Assembly: GCA_020137815.1 (NCBI GenBank)
Contig: CM035356.1
Location: 186,001-250,000, forward strand
Reading direction: 5' to 3'
DNA length: 64,000 bases
Origin: Hormiphora californensis
Lineage: Eukaryota; Animalia; Ctenophora
Position numbers and translations under genes: made by a program. The notes below the pieces were generated by a model. The model was not told the DNA's origin and searched no databases. It saw only the letters and a program-made list of their open reading frames with translations. Shown in pieces: positions 1 through 13,991 of this stretch (within the stretch, counting starts at the first letter, position 1; each line of letters starts with the position of its first letter).

Positions 1-785
1 ATCAGGGGAACATGAATAGTCTCCCAATGGCTGTCAGATTACAGGTCGGGGCAGGATTCATAAGTTAGTTAGTTAGGGATATGGGACCCTCCAAGCGACG
101 TTTTATGGAATTGGAATTATGAAGTTGGAATAATGGTAGTGCGTGATAAATGATTCATAAATCACGAGTAAGGGGGTGATCTATAATAATAAGCGTAATA
201 TTCGACCTACCGAGAAACTTTCGTTCATTCCCCCCGTTCGGAAAGGGCCGTTCTGGGTATATTCTCGCTTCTTTCTTAGTACGGCGTAGCTGAAATACAA
301 ACATGATCTAAAGATCATGTTTATTTTTCAGCCACGGCGCTCATCACTGCACTCACGCACAACCTGCACTGGACTCACGCACAGCCCCCCCCCCCCCAGA
401 CAAACGCGACAAGTACTTTGTTTCTAGAATCCAGTTGTGTGAGCATTTAGCTTGTTTCTAGTTGGGAGGGGGGGTCACTGACAGTGATACAGCTGTACTT
501 TGAGTAGAATAACGCATCTTCACTTTTTTCTAAGCTACTTCCAGTTTCCTCGCTCACGCTTGTTCTCTCTCGTCTTGTTCTCTCTCGTCTTGTTCTCTCT
601 GTCTCCCTCTCTCTCTGTCTCTCTCGACTTGTTCTTTATTCTTTGAATGAGTCATGGCTGTACGTGGTTCTTTGCTTTTTCACGCGATCATTCATTCAAG
701 TAGCTTAGTTGAACTTTTTGGGTTGATTAGTTCGGAGTTCCCTAAATTGTCCTCGATGTGGCCCTGAAATTATTATTATCTGTAC

Positions 786-3700
786 CTGGGTCTGGGTAGG
801 TGGGAACACTCTCAAACATCACTGTAGTTGCACCATTACTTAGGGGTCCGTACACCACATAACTGTGTCCTGTAGAGGGACTTGGTATTATTCCACACTT
901 TTGATAAGGGGCATAGTGGCTACTATACCACCTGTTACCGCCCTTGTTACCTAATAATATCGTTCTAACTAGGCTATATAAACCTACCTGTAATCCATCC
1001 AACATCAGCCACGCACCCGTAAACATCACCCTGCTTGTAATCAAAGACCAGTTTGTGGGTTAGACCAGTGTAGGCCAGATATCCAGCTTGGGTATGAACC
1101 AGACCTGGTAGAGAATACTATAGTGGTTAGGCTTGTTATTGTACCACAGCCAGATGTTTTGGATGGATTGTATCACGTGATGCCCATATTATATGGTGTT
1201 GTGTATCACGTGATGCCCATATATGGTGCTGTAATACCTTTAGGAGCCCCAGTGCTGCCAGAAGTGTATAACATGAAAAGTGGATCTTCGCTGTTCATTA
1301 TCTCCGGATTACAATACGGACTTGCCTGGGCCATCTCCTGTAGGGTTGTGTGTGTGGATTAAATAACACTGCGAGTCACCATTATATGGGGGACATTTTT
1401 CTAAATTTAGAAGTGCCTTTCATGGCTCTATACTTTCTTATCACTTCAAAGCACATCTGTTTCTCATTACCCACCGATTCGAGGGGGACATCCTTGGGTG
1501 ATGATGTGTTGACTGCCCCTGTCCGGTCCATAACAAACACTTTCTCAATGGAGGGCGCCATTTTAACAGCATCGTCTACAACCTCCTTGAGAGGGATGAA
1601 CTTGCCCCCTCTAACACCCTGGTTGGAAAGAGCAACACTACTACTACTATAACGAGACTGTTACACCTTCGTGAACACTACACAGCCTCACAAACGGCCC
1701 GGTTCGGAGAAGGGCATTCTTTTGTGAGACACTCACGGAAATCCATGCTCCCAATTCTAAACTGTAGGGCCCAAGTAAAAGGCCCCCCTACCACTAATCA
1801 CCCTGTTTATCGATCATCACCTACCCTGTCAGCGGTGAATACAACTTTAGCCTGGGACTGCTCAAGTCTTTTCCCCAAGGCTTCTGCACTGAATCCAGCA
1901 AACACCACATTATGGACAGCACCTGTTCAAATAGTGTTATAATACCACGAGTTGCAAAATAATTGCCCCCGTGCATGTCGGTAAATCGGGGACTGTCTAT
2001 ATGGAAGATGAAGATCAGGCACTAGAAATTACCATCATTGATGTATAGGACTCACCGATTCGAGCACATGCCAGCATTACAGCTGCGGCAGTGGGACACA
2101 TGGGGAGGTAGACACCCACCCTGTCACCCTTCACAACACCATGAGCCTTCATTACATTAGCAATCCTACACGTCATCTCAAGTAGAGCCCTGGTAGAGGG
2201 GGAATTCTGTAACATACTGGAGAGGAGATGTTACTGCTTTTGTGACATCAATTGCAAGTTAAAGTACAGGTAAAAAGGGATGCTGGGTGTCCCATATATT
2301 CTGTGGGTCGGTTGGCGAGCTGTCACGCAAAAACGGTGATAGTTGTGTAAAAACAAACTACGGGAGTGTGCTGGATTAATTCCTTCCTAACTGATGGCTT
2401 TGTTTTGAAATTAAATTTCAAAAGTTCATTTTTCATGAATGAACATTCCTGTCATTCATTCGTGAATTCTGAAATATTGTTTACCTTGAGTAAAAAACTT
2501 TTCTTTGGCTCGAAATTATCTTTCCAATGAGCACCATAAAAATCAAATTGAAGCACCAGGTCGAATGGCAGGTGAGAAAATGCAAATGCATGATTTTGGC
2601 CATTCCTGCGACTTTCAATCAGCTGTATCACCGCTACTTTTTATTCAATCCTTTTAAAAGTTTGGGTGAACATTGGTGAAGATAAAATTTATGCTCACAA
2701 GAAAAATCAAGGTCAAAACTCAAAGTTCATTTTTCATTTTTGGTAGTTCATTCCGCTCATTCAGGGAAAAACATCCCAAAAGTGACGAAAAGGTTTGGGT
2801 TTTGTTTGGCCCATGCCCTGAAACGACAGAGAGGTGTAAAAACGTGTTTCCGGGCTAGTTAGTGGGTGTTCATGTGATCATTATGATATCTGACACCTTC
2901 GCTGAGCCATAATTAAGAGATTTTCTCAAATTCAAACATGGGATACGAGTATTTTGTGATTGGTATCGTGCACCAATAACAAGAGATCCCATAGCACCTC
3001 AAAAATTATGATTAGCTAAATGAAATGAGTTGATTCACGATTGAAAAGATTAAAACCAATGTAAAGTCGGACTAAACGAACATTTTCAAGCGTAAATCAA
3101 CTCATTTCATTTAGCTAATCATAATTTTTGACGTGCAACGGATTCTCTTGTTATTGGTGCACGATACCAATCGCAGAATACTCGTATCCCATGTTTGAAT
3201 TTGAGAAAATCTCTTAATTATGGCTCAGCGAAGGTGTCAGATATCATAATGATCACATGGACACCCACTAACTAGCCCGGAAACACGTTTTACACCTCTC
3301 TGTCGTTTCAGGAGTCAGGACATGGGCCAAACAAAACCCAAACCTTTTCGTCACTTTAGGGATGTTTGTTCCTGTATGAGTGGAATGAACTACCAAAAAT
3401 GAAAAATGAACTTTGAGTTTTGACCTTGATTTTTCTTGTGAGCAAAGATCTTATCTTCACCAATGTTCACCCAAACTTTTAAAAGGATTGAACGAAAAGT
3501 AGCGGTGATACAGCTGATTGAAAGTCGCAGGAATGGCCAAAATCATGCATTTGCATTTTCTCACCTGCCATTCGACCTGATGCTTCAATTTGATTTTTAT
3601 GGTGCTCATTGGAAAGATAATTTCGAGCCAAAGAAAAGTTTTTTACTCAAGGTAAACAATATTTCAGAATTCACGAATGAATGACAGGAATGTTCATTCA

Positions 3701-4445
3701 TGAAAAATGAACTTTTGAAATTTAATTTCAAAACAAAGCCATCAGTTAGGAAGGAATTAATCCAGCACACTCCCGTAGTTTGTTTTTACACAACTAACAC
3801 CGTTTTTGCGTGACAGCTCGCCAACCGACCCACAGAATATATGGGACACCCTGTATATTGCTGGGAGATTATAAGGGAAGGAAGTACACCAAATAAGGAC
3901 TGCAAGTACCTGTAGGACACTGTTTGATGTTGTCCCGGTTCATCTCTCTCCCAAATAATAGCAGGCTGGTCTCCCTGACTGGCTAGATGTTTATCCAAAC
4001 AGTTCTCTATGCGGATAATAAACACTGAACAAAGCTAAACAGAAATTTGAAAATGTTCTACGAACAAGGGCTATACCCCTTATTACGCCGATAAAGAATG
4101 ACTCGACACATACCGGATACGTTAAGTTTTCCTCCTAAAAACCAGTTGATCTTGCCCTGTGCCATGTCACAATCGGACACGGTGTGGAATGGTTCTCTCC
4201 ATGTTATTCTCTCCTTACCCACTTGATCCCAGAATATATCCCTGGAAGAGAGAGAGGGGGTATCATGCTGTGAAAATACCAGAGTTAGTTCAGCGGAACA
4301 CTAACAATAAAGAGCACCAGCACTACCAAATATTATACCTGTTAGTAATACTCTCTCTGTACACAGCGCCATGGTTTGTAGAGACTGCAGGGATGGTGGA
4401 TAAACCCCGTCTAGTTACCCTCCCTAGGATGCCCCTTAGGAACAT
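786..4445 (-). CDS. ACSS1: Acetyl-CoA synthetase, mitochondrial type (ACSS1-like), 5' nine exons; gene continues off the left edge
   Basis: GT-AG exons 4445-4339, 4241-4114, 4006-3910, 2189-2056, 1922-1825, 1618-1475, 1337-1238, 1104-988, 869-786 join in frame: [16 protein letters not shown] (Arg-rich transit-like)...[17 protein letters not shown]...[19 protein letters not shown]...[12 protein letters not shown] (AMP-binding motif)...[17 protein letters not shown]. Confidence 0.92.
2283..3853. mobile_element. Foldback/palindromic non-autonomous DNA transposon (CAGGGTG-type terminus, Tc1/mariner-like) in ACSS intron 3
   Basis: ~760-bp arms are near-perfect inverted copies (gggtgtcccatatattctgtggg... 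/ ...cccacagaatatatgggacaccctg followed by TA); no transposase. Confidence 0.85.
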
Positions 4446-5070
4446 ATCGCTATAACACGCAACTAACATTATTTGGGGGAGAAAGTATGAGAGTTAAATT
4501 GTGACAATTGATAATCTAGCTGTCAGGGTTTTGTGATCCATTTACACATTCCAAGTTGGTGGGAGGTTCCAAAAATCCTGTCAGACACATACATAATAGC
4601 TGTAGTGGTATAATATAAATCATAGACATATAATTTGTTAAGTTCGCATCGTATTACTCTTGACAATTTCATAATTTAGAGTGAAGTATGAAAGATAATG
4701 CCACATAAAATAATTAATGTCTCATGCAACTCATTATGATGTCTGTGGGCCTTTGAGAATCTTGTATTTGAATCAATCTTCTCTCAAGTGCCAGTTTGTA
4801 AATAGTAGAGCTACCTTTTGAAGGAGTTATCGATCTTATCTTCTTAGACCCATTGTTTGATACTCACTTATAATTCCGACTGCAGTAGTCCTGTAATTAA
4901 ACATTTTCACTGTTTATCCCTTCTCCATAATACATTGTTGATGCTACAAGTTATACCAGCAAGATAGACCTGCACACGGTTTCCTTTGTCTTCCTCTAAT
5001 TCTCGATTGCCCACAGCACTCTATCACAATGCCATTTCTCCATCACCCTCCTCGTCCAATCTTCTCACAT

Positions 5071-5230
<160 letters not shown>

Positions 5231-5392
5231 CTGCCTCTGGGCGATCTTCCACTCTCTTCATACCTCTTTCGTTCTTCACCGAATTGTTTCTGGTCATTGC
5301 AGATGTTGTCGCTCGACTGCCTTCGCTCAGTACACACAGCTTTAGTTTTAGAAATCTACTGAATAACCAACATTTCTATTTAGGCATACAAA

Positions 5393-5803
5393 ATGAGAAG
5401 CCTTCTCCTACTCTCAATGCCAGAAGACCTCCTATCACCGGATGACAACTCCACAGTACCAGATAACGATGGTTTCACACCATGGGACCCCTCTGAGATG
5501 CCTGAATTTGACCCATACAAACTAATCCTCCCAGGGATTATCGTCAGTGTCCAGTTCTGTCTCCTTCTCTTCATTTGTCACAAGAACACGGTGGAGCTGG
5601 AGGAGAGGTTTGCAGATGACCTAAAAGAGTGTTTGTTGAAGGAATTTAAAGAACATTACGAGACCCACGGTCCGGGGTATGGTACATTCGCTGGCACGAA
5701 GAAGGGATCAACTCTTGGTCAGGTTGTGTATGACGAGTTGAAAAGAAGGAATAGAATGAGTGGAAAATGGAAGGCTAATAAGTATGAACAATGGCAGCTT
5801 TAA
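5393..5803 (+). CDS. Hypothetical 136-aa single-pass membrane protein
   Basis: Non-repetitive ORF, acidic/Pro N-terminus with an NST sequon, hydrophobic LILPGIIVSVQFCLLLFIC, basic tail; acceptor ttctatttag 9 nt before the ATG. Confidence 0.5.
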   Translation: MRSLLLLSMPEDLLSPDDNSTVPDNDGFTPWDPSEMPEFDPYKLILPGIIVSVQFCLLLFICHKNTVELEERFADDLKECLLKEFKEHYETHGPGYGTFAGTKKGSTLGQVVYDELKRRNRMSGKWKANKYEQWQL

Positions 5804-6052
5804 ACTAGTATTTGATAGTCCCGGAGTGCATACATTTTTTATTTGTCTCTAGGGCAAAAATAGTCAAAAACATTTTCAATCTGGCGTCCATTTCAACTGG
5901 TGAACAAAATCTAACATTTCAAGCAATATCTATTATGTGGTGGTGCATTGCAGGCAAATTTATGATGAAAAATTTATGATGAAAAACTGATGTTGTGTGA
6001 TTAAAACTGTGTTCAGAAAAGTTACCGTGAGTTCTCTTTTTGTGTTGCCTCA

Positions 6053-6358
6053 TAAAGTCGGATTTTTTGAAGTTGGTGGCACACGATTTTTTTGCGTGTC
6101 GGAGACTTGTTTTGGCTCTCACGCCTTAGTTTCTTGACAAATTTCGTTAAAACTTTACGGGCTCACAAAATTATATGTATTATGTATATATACATAATAC
6201 ATATAATTTTGTGAGCCCGTAAAGTTTTAACGAAATATATGCTCTTTCCGGTCATATCCGTTTTTTTGCCGTCAAATGAAAGCAAGTGGGGGCTGTGCAA
6301 ATACGACGCCATGCGTGAAAGGGGGTGACAAGTGACAACTTCAGAAAATCCGACTTTA
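6053..6358. mobile_element. MITE, TAAAGTCGG family
   Basis: TIRs taaagtcggattttttgaagttg / caacttcagaaaatccgacttta; same termini at 17134, 17472, 18287, 37642. Confidence 0.75.
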
Positions 6359-6505
6359 TGAACAAGAAACACTAATGATCTCATGAGCCCAGATACTCGT
6401 CAAGTCTCTGATAATCAGAGATACTGTATCTCAGATACATATGTTTTCTTTTTGAACTTTTTAAACTTTTCAACACTACTTTAAACAAATTAATTAGAGT
6501 TTCAG

Positions 6506-6964
6506 CAATATGGCGAGAGTACTGTCGCTGAAAGTGTCGGAATAGCGATAAGGAGAAGTCCTGATTTTGAAGACACTGAAATAAAGGCAGAAATTAAAAT
6601 CAACCCGGTACATACGAAGCGTGAGTTACAAAAACTGATAGAAGAAATGTGTTGTGCGATCTTTCCAGTTCTAAAACACTTTCATCGTCATATCTTTGCC
6701 GAGAAATCGCCTGAGATGGAGCTCAAAGAGGAGCTAGACGAACTCAGCGAGGAGCGAGATGATCTGTCGAGAAAATCTCTCGAGTTGCAGGAGAAGGAGG
6801 AGAAATTGAAAGTGGAAAGAGATGATCTGTTGAGAAGAACTGTTAAGTTACAAAAGAAGGTTATTCAACAACAGGGCGAGCAACTGCACCGAGTTACCGA
6901 AACGGTCGATTGCGGTCGCCCACGGACGGTCCAAAGGACGTTACTTTTTCCGACTTTCAATTAG
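6506..6964 (+). CDS. Possible coiled-coil coding exon, abutting a transposon
   Basis: Frame is open from acceptor tttcag at 6505 (QYGESTVAES...) through heptad-like ELKEELDELSEERDDLSRKSLELQEKEEKLKVERDDLL. Confidence 0.35.
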   Translation, partial: QYGESTVAESVGIAIRRSPDFEDTEIKAEIKINPVHTKRELQKLIEEMCCAIFPVLKHFHRHIFAEKSPEMELKEELDELSEERDDLSRKSLELQEKEEKLKVERDDLLRRTVKLQKKVIQQQGEQLHRVTETVDCGRPRTVQRTLLFPTFN

Positions 6965-9016
6965 TAGAGTCGATAACTACATCGACCTCTCCCAATTGTT
7001 CCAGTTTTTGTCACATCTGTTTAGAGCCTCGACACGACCTCTAAACAGGTGTTACTTTTTCACAAACTGTTTTCATCTTGGTGTAATCAGCAGTTGAAAT
7101 GTTGTTGATCATAACAAAAACCGAACTATTTTTTTTCAACTTGGGGTAAAACCATGGGTGTCAAAAGTTCCCCTGAGTAACCATCCGGAGACTCTAAGAG
7201 ATATTTCAAGCCGTTCTCCCGTAATCATTAATCCCGGTTAATCTATTGAATTCTTGTAAAAATACGGCTTGACCTCATATTTTTGGGGGGCAAGCTAATT
7301 CCTTCACTAAATGTTAGCCAGGGATCTCCTAAGCCACCAAAAAAAGTTCTAAGCTCTACCCGTTGGGGGGAGGTCATTTCCGGGCCACGCCCTTTTCAGC
7401 CAAAAGCGTAACTACCGTTAGGAAAGGAGTAGAGACAAAATCAAGGGCACCAAAGTGTTCAGCGTCCTCGAATTAGTGGGGGTAGGTGCTGGAATTAAGT
7501 CTCTATCTCATCTGGTTAATTAGATAATTGGATAATTAGGTATGCGCATAGCCGTTTGCTGGCAATATGGCTATAGCCATGTTAGGAAAGGAGTAGAGAC
7601 AAAATCAAGGGCATTAAAATGTGTAGCGTCCTCGCATTAGTGGGGGTAGGTGCCGGAATTAAGTCTCTATCTCATTTGGTTAATTAGATAATTGGATAAT
7701 TAGATCTGCACATAGCCGTTTTTGGCCATACGGCTATAGCCACTTAGGAATGGTTTAGAGACTTTTCACTGGTGCCATTTTGTTCAGAAATAAATTTCAA
7801 TCTAAGAGTTGTTGAAAAATTTAGGCTCAATCTTCTACCGTTTTTGTGCGTTATTTGCGGTCAAAGTAGGCCAAATCAGCCGAAAATGCCAATTGTATTC
7901 TTCATGTTTTTGGCATTTCGGCTGATTTGGCCTACTTGACCACAAATAACTCCAAAATGGTAAGAGATAGAGCTTAAATTTTTCAACAACTCTTAGATTG
8001 AAATTTATTTCTGAACAAAATGGCACCAGTGAAAAGTCTCTAAACATTCCTAAGTGGCTATAGCCGTATGGCCAAAACGGCTATGTGCAGATTCTAATTA
8101 TCCAATATCTAATTAACCAAATGAGATAGAGACTTAATTCCGGCACCTACCCCCACTAATGCGAAGACGCTACACATTTTAATGCCCTTGATTTTGTCTC
8201 TACTCCTTCCTAACATGGCTATAGCCATATTGCCAGCAAAGGCTATGCGCATACCTAATTCCAATTATCTAATTAACCAGATGAGATAGAGACTTAATTC
8301 CAGCACCTACCCCCACTAATTCGAGGACGCTGAACACTTTGGTGCCCTTGATTTTGTCTCTACTCCTTTCCTAACGGTAGTTACGCTTTTGGCTGAAAGG
8401 GGCGTGGCCGGAATGACCCCCCCCAACGGGTAGAGCTAGAACTTTTTTTTGGTGGCTTAGGGATCCCTGGCTAACATTTAGTGAAGGAATTAGCTTGCCC
8501 CCCAAAAATATGAGGTCATGGCAAGAATTCAATAGATTAGGTGGAGAAAAAAATACAATGCGGACGTACGTGCGCGTTGGCAGGCTGTTTACATGTTATT
8601 GTATGTCTCTCTCTGTTTACATGTTATTGTATGTCACTCTCTCTGGAAAAACCGCACGTGCGGTTGCGCCGCGCGAGATAACTCTTTCTCAAGGGGGAGA
8701 AAAGAGAGAGACGCACATTAACGTTATACTCAAATATGTGCTCTATCGGGATTAATGATTACAGGAGAACGGCTTGAAATATCTCTTAGAGTCTCCGGAT
8801 GGTTACTCAGGGACCTAGAGCTACTTTTGACAACCCATGGTTTTACCCCAAGTTGAAAAAAAATGTTCGGTTTTTGTTATGATCAACAACATTTCAAACT
8901 GCTGATTACACCAAGATGAAAACAGTTGTTGAAAAGTAACACCTGTTTAGAGGTCGTGTCGAGGCTCTAAACAGATGTGACAAAAACTGGAACAATTGGG
9001 AGAGGTCGATGTAGTT
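6965..9016. mobile_element. TAGAGTCG-family non-autonomous TIR element carrying a nested ~1.3 kb palindromic element (~7240-8540)
   Basis: ~270-bp outer inverted arms; inner arms mirror around ~7890; second family member at 50142-50977. Confidence 0.85.
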
Positions 9017-9108
9017 ACTAAATGCCGAGGATCATTAATCTATATCTTGGTGCACTGGCATATTGGCCAGTTGCACAGCGTGGTCCACGACGTCAAAGAC
9101 GCAGTCCG

Positions 9109-10303
9109 CTTGATGAAACTTGATGAAACTTGATGAAACTTGATGAATAAACTTTATTACATAAAACATAACTGGTGTCAGTCCCCCTTTAGCCCGAACC
9201 ACTAGCACCCAATCCAAGATGGAATTCCCATTATGAGTCCTATAACCCTTAACAGGTGGATTGTCCGGGTCCAATGTCTCTGCCGTGTTGACCTCTTTCG
9301 GTAATGTATTCCACAACCGTGCGGCCCTCACACCGAAGGAGTTAATGTACTTAGTTGAGATAGACTTCTGTGCTCCGCTGTAGAGGGAAGGTACATTCGG
9401 CTCTGATGCCAAGCCGTTCATGGTGGTAGAACCGTGTATTCGTGCTATTCGGGGATGCACCATTGTAGCTCTTCCACATCTGTATGATGGTATAGCGCTC
9501 TCTTCTTCTCTGAAGGGACATCAGTCTCAATTTCTTCAACCGCTCCCAATAGTCCAAATGCGCCATATCCTCAATCCTCCTGGTAAACTGCCTCTGTACG
9601 CTCTCCAGAGCTTGTATGTCTCCTTTAAGGTAAGGTGACCACAAAGGTGAACAGTATTCCAGTTTGCATCTTATCAAAGACTTGTAGAGTGTCAGCATAG
9701 TGTTCACTGACCTATCCTTGAATTCTCGTAACGCCCATGCAGCCATCCTTCTTGCTTCGGATGATGTCTTCATGACGTGTGGTGTCCAAGAGCAGTCATC
9801 CGAAAGCAGGATGCCAAGATCTCTGACACTTTTTGGTGTTTGTATGTTGTTGCCCGCTGGTGTCACATACAAGCGTAGTTCATTGTGAAATGGTAATTCT
9901 CGAAGAGTGATGTCTTGTTCGTTCATAGTGTACTACCTCGAATTATTCTCATGGAGTCCATGCTTTTTGCTGCAGACCATTACTACCCGCTCTAGATCTG
10001 CCTGTAGTTCTTCCCCACTTTCTTCAGACACAATTTTCTTCTGTAATTTGGTGTCATCTGCAAATGTCCCAGTATCACAGTGCATGACCTGGCTTTGAAG
10101 ATCTGCTACGTAAGATGAAAGAGAATTGGTCCAAGCACTGTCCCTTGTGGAACATTGCTTCTTACCACCTCGAAGCTTGATTTCTCACCCTCCACAACAA
10201 CCGTTTGATACCTGCCTGATAGAAAATCTGTAATCCATGCAAGAACTTTTCCTCGGATTCCTAGTTTCTCGAGTTTAGCAAGGAGTATTGAGTGATTCAC
10301 TAA
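9109..10303 (-). mobile_element. 5'-truncated, degenerate CR1-clade LINE
   Basis: Frameshifted RT pieces VPQGTVLGPILF, FADDTK, LYKSLIRCKLEYCSPLWSP...LQRRRER; 3' tail (aagtttcatc)n after aataaa. Confidence 0.88.
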
Positions 10304-11038
10304 CATTCATCATCATACAAATATTTAATATTCCGCTTTGTAGTCTACTGCTAGAAGAGCACTTACATATGCTAAATCACACACAGGCAAAGCTAACGAC
10401 TTTCTAAAGCGTTTGCTACTTTTCGCGCATTTTGGACGTATTGCACCACGCGGCCCATGGCGCTTGTGCAGGCCGCAAACATAATGGAGTACCAGCCACC
10501 ACTGTTACTGATATGACGTCCAGTTCTGAGCTTGAAAGTTGGAACGGCGCCGAAAATTTCTACGAAAAAAGGGTGATTTTGCAAGTGTAAATATTTTTTT
10601 CGCACTTTTTATTATTTTAGTATTTACTTGGATTTGGAAACTCGATTGCGCGGCGCGTCATTTCCGAAGAATAAGCGCGACTTTGTATTTGCGCGTGTTT
10701 GTAATGCTTACATTGAGTACTTCGTGTATCTGTTTCAAACTGCGCGCTCAGTTTTCAGTTCTGCATCCTGGGAGAAAAGTGAGACCAGTTCATTTCGTTG
10801 TTTGAACATGAACATGAATCGACAATAACTTACTTCCTCCAATCACATCACTCTCAAAATTAAATTTCATTCAGGGTCTTGCACACCATTTTCTATGTGG
10901 CAAAAATGAGCCATCCACTCTTTAAAAAATGAAGGAAAAATCACGAAATCACAGTTTCTGACGTATACACGAACACATATAAAGACTAGATTATAAAATA
11001 CTAAACTCTAATAAGTCCTTCTATACTTTGCTGCTATT

Positions 11039-13029
11039 TTAACTAGGTCGAGGTTTTAGATCGAACTTGGCCGGTTGTAGAAGATTCTCAATGATAGCTC
11101 CAACCAACTCATCCAATTCAGCCCTCATTTCCTTCTCGGGTACCGGGTTTTCAGGGGTCCTCACTATCTCACTATAATACTTGATCTTTGGCTCTGTTCC
11201 AGATGTCCGGAGGGTCACCAGACAACCATTCTCAAATGTAAAGGTGATCATGTGACTATCAGGGCACACAGGTAGTCGTGGTTTTAGATCTTCATAGTTG
11301 TTATCGTACCCAATCGTTAAATCTCTAATGGCGGTGATTTTAAATCGGCCCACTGCTTCGGGGTACCCTCCGTCCCTAATCTCGCCGAACATTTGGTCAA
11401 ACTTAGCGGGGTCGTAGCACAGGAAATAGGAATTGTTGGTGATATGCCGTCCATACTTGACGTATTGAGACTCCAGGAATGCAGATAGAGTTGTCCCTTC
11501 TTGATAGAGCTGGCACGCCTTGGCAGATAGAATGGGGCCAGCTGATATTCCATCCTTATCTAACACGTTCATACCATACATGTACCCAATACTCTCCTCA
11601 AACCCTAGCAGACACGTGTACCCATCAGCCTGTTTCTTCAGCGCCATGTTAGCCATCCATTTGAAGCCTGTGAGACACTCCTCGTAAAGAAATCCCTCCT
11701 TCTGGGCCATTGACCGGAGGAATTTAGAAGACACCGTACTACAGTTCATATAAATCTTTTCTGTCGTAGTGCCAGGATTACCAGCCTGATAGTTAGCCAG
11801 GGCGATCGCTCCAAACATAGCACCTAACTCATTCCCATTGAATACCCTCCAACTGCCATCCTCCTGTTTCTCTGCAGCCGCTAACCGATCTGCATCAGGG
11901 TCATTAGCGATAATTAGCCGAGATCCAGCTGTATCTGCTGCCGCCATGGCCAGATCGAGAGCGCTCTTACCCTCCTCTGGGTTAGGGTAGGCTACAGTGG
12001 AAAAGTTGGGATCTGGCTCTGCTTGCTGGGGCACGGAGACAAACTCCCGCAGCCCAAACACCTCAAAGGACCTCTTCATGAACTTCTGGCCTACACCGTG
12101 CATGGGTGTGTATGTGATTGTGAGGGGTCCAGTGCCATTGCGGTTCTTATCCATAATGTTAACTTCCAGGGCTCGGTAGTAATTCTCCCAGATCTCGTTA
12201 TAAGGATCGGAACACAGGGAGTTACCCTTCAACATATCAGTATCCCACGCAGCCTCATCGATTTCAAGGTTTTCCAGGATCTTTGCCGCAATTCCAACGT
12301 CATGAGGTGAAATGATTTGGGCACCATTCGACCAGTAAACCTGAGGAGAGATAGGGTCACAATACACGCTTCTCCAAACATTTATTCGCCTATTTAGTTT
12401 TGGTAACAAGCAAAAGTGTTGCCCAGATCCCCTTACCTTATATCCGTTATCATCTTTAGGGTTGTGTGACGCAGTGACCATTATCCCAGCACTGGTCTTG
12501 TAGTGAAGGCAGGCAAATGCAACGAAGGGTGTGGGGGTGATTGAGGAGAACAAATGGACAGGAATACCCTGTCTGATCATCGCTACTGCTGCTAGCTGAG
12601 CAAACCTGGAAGGAGTTGGGTTAGAATGTTAGGAGAACAACTAATTGAAAAACAGTTTCAGGTTGGTCTGGAAGTGGCTGACCGCACGAAGAAAAAACTA
12701 ATAATACATCTTCACCTTTCAGAATTGTGTCGAGCATCAAAACCAATAACAACACCTCTCTCCTTCACCACATCTCCCTGGACAGTCAGGAGATATTGAG
12801 CAAAACCCTGGGATGTTTGGATAATGGTAACATCATTCATACAGGAGTAACCAGCACCCATCCTCGCCCTCAATCCGGCTGTTCCAAAGGCCATCCTGTT
12901 CAGTAACACCGATGATAGGGCATCATAATCCCCAGATTTAGCGAGGCCCTCTAGCTCTGCCCTAGTACTGGCATTCCGATCTATGGAGAGCCACCTAGAG
13001 ACAGCAGCATCAACAGCGTCTTTTGACAT
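11039..13029 (-). CDS. PGM2: Phosphoglucomutase-2 / phosphopentomutase
   Basis: Exons 13029-12716, 12605-12437, 12340-11039; motifs FGTAGLR, TASHNP (phospho-Ser), DPDADR (metal loop), FEESIG, RTSGTEPKIK. Confidence 0.95.
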
Positions 13030-13531
13030 GCGACAGACGTGCTACAGAGGGTGGGATTGAGATTATTATAGAGTTGAGATTTAGACACAAATAGAGCGGC
13101 CACGAGTTTGGGAAGTCAGAAGTGGATCTAGGGAAAATGGGTAGATACTAGATAGTATACAATGTAATGGAAGAGGACACGGAGGGATCAGTATTCAATA
13201 TTATATGGGTAGATGTGACAAACAGGAAGTATACCACAGCTAAGATTTATGCACCGAACGACTGGAAAAATGAAACAAAGTTGAGAGAAGTGCAACGAGA
13301 TTGAATCATGATATGTGTGTGGCCTTGCTAGACCCGACGGGGATGTAATTACATTTCAACTCTACCCCCAACCTAGCTTAATCCATTCCCTCTTCTTCTT
13401 CTCGTCCTCTACTTTTTAGCCTCCTCTGTCACAAAATCGCGTTATAATCCAAAGTGCGTTAGAGAAGCCAGAAGGTTAAGACGCACATTGCAGCACATCA
13501 AATAGTGGTGTCAAGAATCGATTACATTTTA

Positions 13532-13860
<329 letters not shown>

Positions 13861-13991
13861 AGAAGGTGGCGAAGAAACTGGATAAATTCATAATGGTGTA
13901 AGTTTCTCACGGACCCAGTACTACTCAACCCCTAACCACACGAATCTTGCAGTGTGGCACCATCATTTCTCTACTACAGTTCCCTATCACC

